From an uncultured Cytophagales bacterium (GTDB lineage Bacteria; Bacteroidota; Bacteroidia; Cytophagales; Cyclobacteriaceae): DNA of 64,000 bases. The DNA lies in assembly GCA_963793215.1 (NCBI GenBank), contig CAWBZE010000005.1, positions 1,291,746 to 1,355,745 on the forward strand, read 5' to 3'. Position 1 is the first letter of the stretch. The number at the start of each line of letters is the position of its first letter. Positions 11,265 through 23,598 of this stretch are shown piece after piece. Made by a program: the position numbers and the translations under genes. Under the pieces are notes generated by a model. It was not told the origin of the DNA. It saw only the letters and a program-made list of their open reading frames with translations, and made no database searches.

Positions 11265-12173
11265 ATGATAAATATTGATCAAGACACCACCGTCGGCTGG
11301 ATCGGCACCGGCGTGATGGGCGCGGCCATGCTGGCCCGCCTGCAAGAAGCCGGATACGCGAGTATCGTCTACACCCGCACCAAAGAACGAGCGCAGCCGT
11401 TGCTAGAGGCCGGAGTGCAGTGGGCCAAATCGCCCCGGGCGGTGGCCGAGCAGTGCCCTGTGGTGTTCACCATCGTGGGTTTCCCCAACGACGTGCGCGA
11501 GGTATACTTTGAAGACGACGGATTGCTGGCCGGAGCGCAAGAAGGAGCTATTCTAGTAGATATGACTACCACTGAACCCAGCTTGGCGCAGGAGATTTAT
11601 CAGAAAGCTCAAACTCAGTTAGTGCACACCGTAGATGCCCCGGTGTCGGGCGGCGACGTGGGAGCGAAAAACGGTACGCTGTCGATCATGGTCGGTGGCG
11701 ATAAACCAGCGGTAGAAACGGTGATGCCGCTGCTGGAGGTGATGGGAAAGAATATCGTGCATCAGGGCGAAGCCGGATCGGGGCAGCATACCAAAATGGG
11801 CAACCAGATTGTCATTGCGGGCACCATGATTGGCGTGTGCGAAAGTTTGCTCTACGGCCACCGGGCCGGACTCGATCTACCCACCATGCTGCGGTCCATC
11901 AGCGGTGGGGCGGCGGCCTGCTGGACGTTAGACCAACTGGCTCCCCGCATGGTGCAGCGCAATTTCGATCCCGGCTTCTACGTCGAGCACTTTATCAAAG
12001 ACATGGGCATCGCCCTGCAAGAAGCCAACCGCCTGGGGCTATCCATGCCCGGCTTGGCGCTGGCCAAACAACTTTACGAAGCCACCCAGGCGCAGGGACA
12101 CGGAAAACTAGGTACCCACGCGCTTCTACTGGCCCTGGAGCAACTGTCAGGAACAGAGAGACGGGAGCCATAG
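11265..12173 (+). CDS. NAD(P)-dependent oxidoreductase, 3-hydroxyisobutyrate dehydrogenase family
   Basis: The Rossmann motif is [12 protein letters not shown]. The 302-aa length and MVGGD...GxGQ..K.NQ pattern are typical of the HIBADH/GarR family. Confidence 0.85.
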   Translation: MINIDQDTTVGWIGTGVMGAAMLARLQEAGYASIVYTRTKERAQPLLEAGVQWAKSPRAVAEQCPVVFTIVGFPNDVREVYFEDDGLLAGAQEGAILVDMTTTEPSLAQEIYQKAQTQLVHTVDAPVSGGDVGAKNGTLSIMVGGDKPAVETVMPLLEVMGKNIVHQGEAGSGQHTKMGNQIVIAGTMIGVCESLLYGHRAGLDLPTMLRSISGGAAACWTLDQLAPRMVQRNFDPGFYVEHFIKDMGIALQEANRLGLSMPGLALAKQLYEATQAQGHGKLGTHALLLALEQLSGTERREP

Positions 12174-12238
12174 ACAAACAATGTCTGAACGGATCGGGTT
12201 GTTAAAAAAATTATAATCAGTTAGTCAGTTTAGTCGGT

Positions 12239-12820
12239 ATGGAACCAACGCAAGACCCCGAAAAGTCGGTATCGGTATCGAGGCTTTCTTCGGCTCGCAA
12301 ACTTTTGTTAGTTGCCCTGGTGGGGGGAATTATCTTTTTAATCATTTACTTCTTCGTTCTAGGCGACGATTCGGCGGAGACGGTTGACGTTCCGGTGACC
12401 TCCGAAACCGCTACCGAACCGCCCTTTGTGAAGGAAGGCGAACTGGTGTTTCTGGACGCCGAAACGCAGGACACCCTGCAAAAAATTGATATTGAGGTGG
12501 CCACGGGCGAAGCCGAGCAGCAACAAGGGCTGATGTATCGCACCGCGATGGATGAAGACCACGGCATGCTGTTCCCCTACACCAGCGCCCGGCCGCGCTC
12601 GTTCTACATGAAGAACACCAAGATCTCGCTAGATATTATGTACGCCGACGCCGAGCGCCGCATTATCACTGTCCACCAGGGAGTGATGCCCTACTCCGAA
12701 AAATCACTTCCGTCGGGCGAACCGGCCCAGTACGTGGTGGAGGTGAATGCTGGGTTTGCTGCCCGCCACGGCATCGAGGAGGGCGACTTCATCTCCTTTG
12801 AGGAACTTCCGGTCAATTAA
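12239..12820 (+). CDS. DUF192 domain-containing protein
   Basis: It has an N-terminal TM anchor and a core GLMYRTAMDEDHGMLF...MKNTKISLDIMY, typical of DUF192. Confidence 0.75.
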   Translation: MEPTQDPEKSVSVSRLSSARKLLLVALVGGIIFLIIYFFVLGDDSAETVDVPVTSETATEPPFVKEGELVFLDAETQDTLQKIDIEVATGEAEQQQGLMYRTAMDEDHGMLFPYTSARPRSFYMKNTKISLDIMYADAERRIITVHQGVMPYSEKSLPSGEPAQYVVEVNAGFAARHGIEEGDFISFEELPVN

Positions 12821-15284
12821 ATCCGCACCGGTTCCAGTATTCCGCTTCGTCTTGTCCAATGGGCGAACCGTTGGGAGCAGGCAAGGGCGAAACCATTTCT
12901 ATCTCCTCGGGATGATTCTCGAAGCGCCGGATTTGATCGCGGGCGAACTGGTATTGTGCCTTCCACTGGTTATCTAAGCCTGAAAAGCCCTCAGTCAGTC
13001 CTTTGAGCTTGGCGATTTCTAGCGCAGCCAACGCCCGCACCTGTCCGGAGGTCTCCTCATCCGCAGCCAATTTGATAAGATGGTTCAGGACGAGCCGCTG
13101 CACCAAACGCTGTAATTCTCCTTCGTAACCCGAACGACGGTCCGTTTCCCAAGTCGCTTCCATCAGTTGATCGGCAAGTTCCGTGAAGCCCGGCGCTTGG
13201 TCGTAGCGCGCGTGATAGTCGACCATGCGGGTAAGCCGTTCCGGATTGAGCAAAAAACTAAGGGTGAAATCAGTCGCCGTCTCGGCGGCGGCCACGGGAT
13301 CGAAGGTGATGCCGGTGCGCGAGGGAAACAGTTCGCGCTCGTTTTCTTCGTAGCCCAACGGATACGGAGGCAGCAGCGCCAGCACCGACTCGGGAATCGC
13401 CAAAGCTTCGGGGGTGATGGTGCTGAGCAACGCCTGAATGGCGGCCCGTTGTTGATCGCCCGGCACCATTTCCAGCACCGGTTGCCTGTCGCCCCGAAGC
13501 GCGTAGGTATAGCTGAGACCGCCCGGTAGTTTGGCCACCGCCTCGGTTTGGTAGCGGTGAAACAAGTACATCGGCACCAGCACTTCCTCTAGCGTAGCCA
13601 CCGGCTGTCCGAACGGAATTTTCTTTTCCGATAGGTTTTGTAAGGCAATTTTGCGTACCTGCATCACCCGCTTTAGTTCAGCCACCGCGTCGGAGCCGTT
13701 GTCCCACAGGTGGGCCGTAGGATGCGCTCCGCTCACCGCCCGGGCGTCCCGATCCGAAATAAACAACAGCTTATCGCTAATTGCGCCTTGCAAAATACTA
13801 TCCAGCGCCGGAGCTTCATCTACTCCCGCAGGAAAGTCCTGATAACCGTAGGTGATCGCCACCTTATCCCACGCTCCGATTTCGTTGGTGTAAGCATCGG
13901 ACAAATCCAGCCGGTCCCCTGTCATTTTAACGTAAGGATGCGGATAATCCATCACCGAAGCGCGCGCGTTACCGCTGGCAGCGTAGTTGTGCACCAGGCC
14001 CAGGGTGTGGCCCACCTCGTGCGCGGCCAACTGCCGCAGCCGTTGCAGCGACATGCGCATCATCGGGCTATTTTTTGATGAGTCAGAGCCCCGCTCAACT
14101 GCTTCGTAGTTGGCCACTAGGCCCGCGGCGATCAGGAAATCCTGGCGCACGCGCAGCGAACCGAGTGTCACTTTTCCCTTGATGATCTCGCCGGTGCGCG
14201 GGTCGTAGATGCTGCCGCCGTACGACCAGCCACGGGTGGAGCGGTGCACCCACTGCACCACGTTGTAGCGGATGTCCATCGGATCGGCATCGGCGGGTAG
14301 CAGCTTCACCTGAAAGGCATTACGGTAGCCCGCCGTCTCGAAGGCTTGGTTCCACCAGCGCATCCCATCCATCAGCGCCGAGCGGATGGGTTCCGGCGCG
14401 CCGGGGTCGAGGTAGTACACGATCGGGTCCACGGCTTCGCTCACCGCAGCGGTGGGATCCTTCTTGCGCAACCGATGGCGGCGGATCAGGCGCTGGGTCA
14501 GCGGTTGATTCACCGGGGTGGCGTAGTCCTGGTAGGTGAGCGGGATGTAGCCCGAGCGTGGATCAAAGCGGCGTGGCGTATAATCGCTATCCGGCAACTC
14601 GACGAACGAGTGGTGCTGTCGCACAGTGACGGCTTTGGCGTTGGGCGATACCGACCGCAGATATTCTCCGGCATCGGAGCCGGTGAAGGTCAAGGTGAGT
14701 TCAACTTCGGTGTTTTTCGGGAAATTCTTGGTGCGGGGCAGATAAAAGGCGCTGCGCGACCGGTCCAGGCTAAAGTTGCCCTGCTGCGTCCGCTTGATCA
14801 TATCAGTCACACCAAACGCATCGCTGAGCAGGAAGTCTGAGGCATCCACCAGTACGCGCCCGCCTGCTTCGGCGGCCACGGTGAAGCCCGCCAGCACCGA
14901 CTCGGCAAACGACTCGGCCACCGCCGCCCGCTCGTTCGCGTCGTCGGTGCTGGCGCGGTACTGTTGGTTGAGGGCGACCAGCAATATTTTCGGGCCGCTG
15001 CGCCGAAACTCCACCACCTGCGGTTCGCCCAGCCGCCCGCGGTCGAGCCCGATGTCGTTCGAGCCAGCTCCGGCGGCTAGGGTGGTGTAGTACAAAAATT
15101 CGGTGCCCAAGCGGGGGATTTCCAGCCACAATTTGCCCGCTTTGGTGTCCCAGTAGAAAGGAAAGTAGCCCGGATATGCCTGCCAAGACTGGGTCTTCTC
15201 TTGGATTGTAGAAATTGTGTCTTGCGCCCGGAGTGACCAAGACACTGTACAGATGGCCAAAACGAGGAATAATCTATTTGTCAT
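12813..15284 (-). CDS. Secreted zinc-dependent metalloprotease (DUF5117/DUF4953-type)
   Basis: 823 aa with a signal peptide and the HExxH motif AAHEVGHTLGLVHNY. The architecture is as I remember for the Bacteroidota zinc-dependent metalloprotease family. Confidence 0.8.
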   Translation of the reverse strand: MTNRLFLVLAICTVSWSLRAQDTISTIQEKTQSWQAYPGYFPFYWDTKAGKLWLEIPRLGTEFLYYTTLAAGAGSNDIGLDRGRLGEPQVVEFRRSGPKILLVALNQQYRASTDDANERAAVAESFAESVLAGFTVAAEAGGRVLVDASDFLLSDAFGVTDMIKRTQQGNFSLDRSRSAFYLPRTKNFPKNTEVELTLTFTGSDAGEYLRSVSPNAKAVTVRQHHSFVELPDSDYTPRRFDPRSGYIPLTYQDYATPVNQPLTQRLIRRHRLRKKDPTAAVSEAVDPIVYYLDPGAPEPIRSALMDGMRWWNQAFETAGYRNAFQVKLLPADADPMDIRYNVVQWVHRSTRGWSYGGSIYDPRTGEIIKGKVTLGSLRVRQDFLIAAGLVANYEAVERGSDSSKNSPMMRMSLQRLRQLAAHEVGHTLGLVHNYAASGNARASVMDYPHPYVKMTGDRLDLSDAYTNEIGAWDKVAITYGYQDFPAGVDEAPALDSILQGAISDKLLFISDRDARAVSGAHPTAHLWDNGSDAVAELKRVMQVRKIALQNLSEKKIPFGQPVATLEEVLVPMYLFHRYQTEAVAKLPGGLSYTYALRGDRQPVLEMVPGDQQRAAIQALLSTITPEALAIPESVLALLPPYPLGYEENERELFPSRTGITFDPVAAAETATDFTLSFLLNPERLTRMVDYHARYDQAPGFTELADQLMEATWETDRRSGYEGELQRLVQRLVLNHLIKLAADEETSGQVRALAALEIAKLKGLTEGFSGLDNQWKAQYQFARDQIRRFENHPEEIEMVSPLPAPNGSPIGQDEAEYWNRCGFN

Positions 15285-15425
15285 AAACCAGTGATGAAAA
15301 TTTTACGTATTATTAAGAAACTCATATCAACCTTTTCGTTTCTTTCGGTGTCTACTAAATAGAACAGCCGGAAGGGGACAATATACCATTCCTGCTCGTA
15401 TGATAGCACCATAGTCAGCACGCGT

Positions 15426-16547
15426 ATGAAACATTGTATTCGCTTTTTCTCGATAGTGTTAAGTGTATTGTTCCTCTTAGGTGCCTGGCAAACGGCCCAC
15501 GCTACGCACATTATCGGTGGCGAGATTCGGGCAGAGGTGGTTTCTTGCCAGGGATTTACCTATAAAGTGACGGTGGTGCTTTACGGAGACTCCGACAGTG
15601 ACGTTACCCTTGAAACCGGAGAGCTTTCACTGGGCTTCGGCGATCCCATTGACGTGAGTACTGAGACTGACTTCGTAATCGGTAGCGTCACCGACGGTGG
15701 AGTATCGGTGAAAACGCTAGTATTTGAGCGCTCCTTCCCGGGCCCCGGCACTTATTTGATCAATTTCAAATCATTCAACCGCACTGATGGGGTAATTAAT
15801 ATCGCTAGCTCCGTAAACACGCCTTTTTACGTGGAAACAAAGCTGGTGATTACTCCCCGGGCGTGTAACAGCACCCCGGTACTGAGCGAAGCACTGAATG
15901 CGCGGGCCTACGTCGGGTCGCCCTACGAAATGCCTATTGATGCCACCGACTCTGACGGCGATAGCCTGTCGGTGGAGCTCGTCACTCCCCAGGAAGGCCC
16001 CGACCAATCCGTGCGTGGCTACCGCTTGCCCATTGAATACGACTTAGGACTGCTGCGCAATCCGGTGGCCTCTGACAGGATGAGCCGCCCCACCCTCAGC
16101 GTGTCGCCGGAGGCTTTGGTGTGGGACGCGCCGAACCTGGGAGGTAGTTTTGTGATCAACCTGCGAGTAACCGAGTGGCGAAAGGTGAGCGACGCATGGG
16201 TGGCGCTGGGCTACGTGACCCGCGATTTGCTTATCGAGGTGCAAGATACGGTGAACCAAACCAACGTGCGGGATCTTATTGTGACCGATACCGAAGAAGC
16301 CTTTGCCAAACCCGACGTGTATTTGTACCCCAACCCCACGAGTGGTCCTCTCTCGCTGGAGGTGAACCGGGATTTTTGGGTAGGAGGAACGGCTACTTTG
16401 TATAATATCATCGGAGATGCCTTGGCCGAGCGGGTGGTGGTTCCGGGCAGCAACGCCTACGATGTGACCAACTTCACTAGTGGCATCTACTTTATCAACC
16501 TGCGGCAGGGTGAGATGCAGAAAACCCTTCGCTTCATGAAGCGGTGA
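15426..16547 (+). CDS. T9SS type A sorting (Por_Secre_tail) domain-containing secreted protein
   Basis: It has a signal peptide and Ig/cadherin-like repeats (DATDSDGDSLS). The C-terminal ~80 aa are YLYPNPTSGPLSLEV...SGIYFINLRQGEMQKTLRFMKR, the typical T9SS CTD. Confidence 0.85.
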   Translation: MKHCIRFFSIVLSVLFLLGAWQTAHATHIIGGEIRAEVVSCQGFTYKVTVVLYGDSDSDVTLETGELSLGFGDPIDVSTETDFVIGSVTDGGVSVKTLVFERSFPGPGTYLINFKSFNRTDGVINIASSVNTPFYVETKLVITPRACNSTPVLSEALNARAYVGSPYEMPIDATDSDGDSLSVELVTPQEGPDQSVRGYRLPIEYDLGLLRNPVASDRMSRPTLSVSPEALVWDAPNLGGSFVINLRVTEWRKVSDAWVALGYVTRDLLIEVQDTVNQTNVRDLIVTDTEEAFAKPDVYLYPNPTSGPLSLEVNRDFWVGGTATLYNIIGDALAERVVVPGSNAYDVTNFTSGIYFINLRQGEMQKTLRFMKR

Positions 16548-16782
16548 TCAGCACTTTGCCAAATTTAAATACTCACCTTTCGTCCCTCGAAGTTTTATTG
16601 GGATCAGCCAAGGGGAGATAAGTAGGGCAACCGGCTAGCTTCTATTGCGTAGCTGAGAGGAATTAGCGTATTTAGCGTTCATGAGACCCCACTACCTCCT
16701 ACCGCTGCTCGTGTTCACCGCGGGGATGCGCTACGCTCCTCCCGCTGAGGTTCTGGAGGCTTTATCAACCGAACTATGATTC

Positions 16783-16805
16783 ACTGCGCGCGCCGCAGTT
16801 TTATT
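16783..16805 (+). terminator. Hairpin plus T-tract, candidate intrinsic terminator
   Basis: actgcg-cgcgc-cgcagt followed by TTTTATT. It lies 236 nt after the previous stop and 24 nt before the next start. Confidence 0.4.
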
Positions 16806-16828
16806 CCTTTTGAACCTAAATCAAACCA

Positions 16829-17170
16829 ATGTCAATTCTCGTAAAATGGGTGCTCTCTGCCGCAGCGGTGCTCATCGCCGCTTACATTCTGCCGGGCGTG
16901 GCGGTGGCCAGCTTCTGGTCGGCCCTGATCGTGGCGGCTATTTTGGCCATTCTGAACGCTATTCTTCGTCCCATCCTGGTGGTGCTCACTATTCCGATCA
17001 CCATTGTCACGCTGGGCTTGTTTCTGCTGGTGATCAATGCGCTCATCATATTGCTTACCGACTCGCTGATTTCGGGCTTCGAGGTCAGCAACTTCTGGTG
17101 GGCGTTGCTATTCAGCCTGCTAATTTCAGTATTGGGAGCGCTGTTTGATGACGTTGCCGAGCGTATTTAA
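16829..17170 (+). CDS. Phage holin family 4 / DUF360 membrane protein
   Basis: 113 aa with 4 TM helices. The N-terminus ILVKWVLSAAAVLIAAYILPGV and the segment AILNAILRPILVVLTIPITIVTLGLF are typical of DUF360. Confidence 0.8.
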   Translation: MSILVKWVLSAAAVLIAAYILPGVAVASFWSALIVAAILAILNAILRPILVVLTIPITIVTLGLFLLVINALIILLTDSLISGFEVSNFWWALLFSLLISVLGALFDDVAERI

Positions 17171-17238
17171 CAGCCAAGGGGAGAAAGGAAAACGGAGGGT
17201 GGACACACAATCTTCCGTATTCCGTTCTTCCGTTTCCG

Positions 17239-18126
17239 TTAAAAGAAAGCCATACTCAAAATACCGCTTAGCATCAGCAGCTTGCAAAAATTGCTTAGAT
17301 AACTGAAGTCGCGTTTGGTATCAGCGTACACCAGCCGGGTGATGAAATACGATAAGGGAATGATCAGTACCAGAAAATAGATGACCAATGTGCGGTTGCC
17401 CAGGGTGCCGGACATCAGGAAGAGCAAGAAGATAAAGAAGCCCGATAGGGCGTACAGCAATAGCTTCGTGCGGCCAATGCCCCACACAATGGGCAGGGTG
17501 CGGCAGCCAAAGGTTTCGTCGCCACGCACGTCTTCCATGTCTTTGATGATTTCCCGCATCAGCGAAATAGAAAAGGCAAACAGCGCGTAGGTGAACACCA
17601 GAAACTGCTGCTGCTTGTAGTATAGTCCGATCACCGCAATGGCCAGGCCCGACAGCAGGGCAATGCTGATGTTGCCCACCAACGGATAGCGCTTCAGCTG
17701 GTTAGAGTACCACCAGAGCAGAAATGCCGCCGCCGCGTAGATGAGTCCGGCCTTCCACGACAGATACGTGCTGATGAGCACTCCCAGCAGCGTGAGCGTG
17801 ATGTGGGCGGCAATCACCACACGACGGCGCAACACTGTGCCCACCACCACCGTGCGCGGGCGGTTGATAAAATCGATCTTCACATCGTAATAATCATTGA
17901 TAATGTAGCCTGCCGCGGCAATCATCACCGTGGAGGCCACCAGCAAGAACAGGCGACCATCCAGCAAGTAGGCTTGGTGCGTGGCGTGGACATCTACCAG
18001 AAAGTAGGCGGTGAAGTACTGCGTCAGCGCCAGCATCACCAGATTTTGCGCCCGCGTGATGCGCAGCAGTCCCCGTATCCACCCCGGGGGACGGTATGAT
18101 CTTTGAGCAAATTCTCTAGTCATCAT
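17239..18126 (-). CDS. UbiA-family prenyltransferase
   Basis: 295 aa and multi-TM, with the Asp-rich motifs NDYYDVKID and KDMEDVRGD. Confidence 0.85.
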   Translation of the reverse strand: MMTREFAQRSYRPPGWIRGLLRITRAQNLVMLALTQYFTAYFLVDVHATHQAYLLDGRLFLLVASTVMIAAAGYIINDYYDVKIDFINRPRTVVVGTVLRRRVVIAAHITLTLLGVLISTYLSWKAGLIYAAAAFLLWWYSNQLKRYPLVGNISIALLSGLAIAVIGLYYKQQQFLVFTYALFAFSISLMREIIKDMEDVRGDETFGCRTLPIVWGIGRTKLLLYALSGFFIFLLFLMSGTLGNRTLVIYFLVLIIPLSYFITRLVYADTKRDFSYLSNFCKLLMLSGILSMAFF

Positions 18127-18280
18127 TGTCCGGATAAGAAAGCAGCCTTCTCAGTAGTAATGAATCAAAGATGGTATCGAACTAAATTGAGGCCCACTGG
18201 ATTATACTGGATTGACCATCATCGAACCTATAGTGCGATTTACCAAGTAAACGCGTAGATAGTTTACAAATTCTGCATAA

Positions 18281-19587
18281 ATTTGACAATTTACTAGCAA
18301 CCGAAGAAGGTAATAACCATCCCCACCCCTAAAGGGGAAGGGCCACCGTGGCGCGGTTTTAAACCTCACGCACTAGCGATATGCAGATATTCACATACCA
18401 ACGCGGGTTCTTCGGGGAGGGCTATAAATCTCCCCCAGCTACGGATATTCTGTGCCGCATTATGGTCGGCATGGAATACTCCGCAGTTTATGCATTTAAA
18501 TACGTCGCCCGAACGCTTACCAATATGCTTGCACTGGTGGCAAGTCTGAGAGGTGTAGGGGGCTGGAACAAGATGGACAGCAACCCCGGCGCGTTTAGAC
18601 TTGTACTCAATAAAGCTTCTGAGTTGGTAGAAGCTCCAACGGTTATGCAATCCTCTTTGTCTCTTACGCAGCCGTTTGTTCGTACGTGTACGAATGCCTT
18701 CCAGAGATTCCAAAGCGATTGCCTTGCCTTCGCGTTTAGCCTTATCAACAAGGGTTTTGGCGATGGTGTGATTGATAATTTTCGTAGTGGTGCGCTCCCG
18801 ACCCGAGATACGTTTGAGCACTTTTTTGGCCCCACGGGTGCCTTTGGACTGCAAGGAAGCACGGGTTATTTCTCGTTTCTTCCGAAGCGCGTTCAGGTCT
18901 TTACCCTCGTAAATGTCCCCGTCCGAATCAGTAAGGATGTTTTTGATGCCAAGATCGGCCCCAATCACATCGTCAAAAGATTCCTCCTCAGTATCAGGAA
19001 TATCCACAGTTGCCAGCAGGTAGAACTTGCCTTTGATGTAAGCCAAATCAGACTCCCCTTGCTGATACGCCAACAGCTTGGCGTGATGCTTTCCGGTGAG
19101 GTAGTCAATCTTTTGCCGCCCTCCTGTAGTCCAGATAGAGACTTGACGTTTGTCAAAAAGATAACGAAGAATGCGGGAATCGTAGGCCGTTGCCCCATAC
19201 TTGCGGTAAGTACGCTGAACCTTTTTGTCCAGTTTGTAGGAATCGGCCACTTTGCTAATTGCCCGAACGACCACCTGGGCACTCAGATTAAACGAGCCTT
19301 TGATGCGGTGGTAGCACCCTTTGTGAATGGCGAATTGCCGAAACGTTTTAGTTTCAAAGGCCCAAGCGGAAATATCATTGCAAGCCGCATTCGCTTCCTG
19401 CAAGGTGTCAAGGAGCAATTTAGCCTGTTCATCGGTAGGCTTCAAACGTACTTTGGCCGTGAGTTTCATCACTCCAAAGATACACAAATCTTCTCGTACT
19501 TGAAAGAAATTATTCACTTGGAGTGCCCTGTTGCGCTATCGCGCACGTCATTCCTCCCCCGTGTGAACGCCGGGGGTTTCCTGACTT
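18281..19587 (-). mobile_element. tnpB-only IS200/IS605-family (IS1341-like) element; boundaries are approximate
   Basis: It contains only tnpB; no Y1 tnpA is present. The 8-mer ATTTGACA occurs at 18281-18288 and at 19588-19595, about 1.3 kb apart. A subterminal hairpin cccccg-N9-cggggg lies at about 19556-19576. The element separates the otherwise divergent ubiA and metH. Confidence 0.5.
18366..19469 (-). CDS. tnpB: RNA-guided endonuclease TnpB (IS200/IS605 OrfB)
   Basis: The N-terminus [15 protein letters not shown] is typical. The RuvC triad is intact: GADLG (D), ALESL (E), [10 protein letters not shown] (D). The zinc finger is CHQCKH...CINCG. I prefer ATG 19469 over 19517. A TATCTTTG box lies at 19482-19475. 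Confidence 0.9.
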   Translation of the reverse strand: MKLTAKVRLKPTDEQAKLLLDTLQEANAACNDISAWAFETKTFRQFAIHKGCYHRIKGSFNLSAQVVVRAISKVADSYKLDKKVQRTYRKYGATAYDSRILRYLFDKRQVSIWTTGGRQKIDYLTGKHHAKLLAYQQGESDLAYIKGKFYLLATVDIPDTEEESFDDVIGADLGIKNILTDSDGDIYEGKDLNALRKKREITRASLQSKGTRGAKKVLKRISGRERTTTKIINHTIAKTLVDKAKREGKAIALESLEGIRTRTNKRLRKRQRGLHNRWSFYQLRSFIEYKSKRAGVAVHLVPAPYTSQTCHQCKHIGKRSGDVFKCINCGVFHADHNAAQNIRSWGRFIALPEEPALVCEYLHIASA

Positions 19588-19594
19588 ATTTGAC

Positions 19595-20620
19595 ATGATC
19601 GATACGAAAGAAATACTCACCCGTCTGGCCCAGGAGCGTATTCTGCTGCTGGACGGAGCGATGGGCACCATGATTCAGCAGCACAAGCTAGGCGAAGCGG
19701 ACTTTCGCAATGCCGCCTTGGAAAACCACTCCCACCCCTTGCAGGGCAACAACGACCTGCTGTCGATCACCCGGCCAGGCATTATCCGGGGCATTCATCA
19801 GATGTACTTTGAGGCGGGGGCCGATATTGCTGAAACCAACACCTTTAGCTCTACCCGCATCGCCCAGGCCGACTACGGACTGGAGCACTTGGTCTACGAC
19901 CTGAACTACGAATCGGCCCGGCTGGCCCGCGAGGTGGCCGATGCCTTCACCGCCCGCGATCCCGCCAAGCCCCGCTTCGTGGCCGGTTCGCTGGGGCCCA
20001 CCAACAAAACCGCTTCGCTGTCACCCGACGTAAACGATCCCGGCTTCCGGGGCGTCACCTTCGATGAACTGGTGGAAGCCTACACTGAGCAAACCCACGG
20101 CCTGGTCGAGGGCGGGGTAGACATTCTCTTGATAGAGACCGTGTTTGATACTCTCAACGCCAAGGCCGCCCTGTTTGCCGTCAACAACTACCTGGAAGAT
20201 AACCAGCTCAACCTTCCGGTGATGGTATCGGGCACGATCACCGATGCCAGCGGGCGCACGCTGTCGGGGCAAACCACCGAAGCATTCTGGACCTCGGTGA
20301 TGCACGGCGAGCTGTTTAGCGTGGGCCTCAACTGCGCGCTAGGTGCCAAAGACCTCACTCCGTACCTGAAAGAACTATCGCAGCACGCTACGTGCTTGGT
20401 GTCGGCCCACCCCAACGCGGGCTTGCCCAACGAGTTCGGCGAATATGACCAAACTCCGCAGCAGATGGCCGCCGAAATGGAGGAGTTTGTTGGCCGCGGG
20501 TTAGTCAACATTATTGGAGGCTGCTGCGGCACCACCGCTGACCACTTGCGCGCCCTGGCCGCCCTGGCCGAGAAATACGCGCCCCGCCAGCCAAAGGGTG
20601 AGCTAGTGGAGATGGCGTAG
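19595..20620 (+). CDS. Methionine synthase, homocysteine S-methyltransferase domain protein (N-terminal cistron of split MetH)
   Basis: [13 protein letters not shown] near the N-terminus and the Zn-binding GGCCGTT near the C-terminus. It ends in the MetH Hcy-to-folate linker (APRQPKG...). I prefer ATG 19595 (MIDTKEIL) over 19523. Confidence 0.9.
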   Translation: MIDTKEILTRLAQERILLLDGAMGTMIQQHKLGEADFRNAALENHSHPLQGNNDLLSITRPGIIRGIHQMYFEAGADIAETNTFSSTRIAQADYGLEHLVYDLNYESARLAREVADAFTARDPAKPRFVAGSLGPTNKTASLSPDVNDPGFRGVTFDELVEAYTEQTHGLVEGGVDILLIETVFDTLNAKAALFAVNNYLEDNQLNLPVMVSGTITDASGRTLSGQTTEAFWTSVMHGELFSVGLNCALGAKDLTPYLKELSQHATCLVSAHPNAGLPNEFGEYDQTPQQMAAEMEEFVGRGLVNIIGGCCGTTADHLRALAALAEKYAPRQPKGELVEMA

Positions 20621-20657
20621 CTTTTTGTAAGAATATAGAATTAGGTCTCGTCGTCTG

Positions 20658-20701
20658 CCCATGCTGTAGCCCATGATTTAAATCATGGGCTACAGCATGG
20701 G
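20658..20701. repeat. Perfect 44-nt palindrome in the metH intercistronic spacer
   Basis: cccatgctgtagcccatgattt|aaatcatgggctacagcatggg, with 22-nt arms, no mismatch and no loop. Confidence 0.95.
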
Positions 20702-20735
20702 GCAAACCGATGGCAAGATCGCGAAACCGTCAACT

Positions 20736-23486
<2,751 letters not shown>

Positions 23487-23598
23487 ACGAAGATCTCGCC
23501 AGCGTCATCAGGATTCTCCACTATTCCCGCTGGATTTTAAACACCCGGCCGAGGCCGCCGTTTAGTCAGTAGTACAAACCCCACCAACCCGCACTCTT

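Noticed and set aside
19470-19594. Cobalamin or SAM riboswitch upstream of metH.
   Set aside because: The region is occupied by the IS left end. I see no B12-box (e.g. a GCCACTG-like core) and no SAM-I/II conserved blocks.
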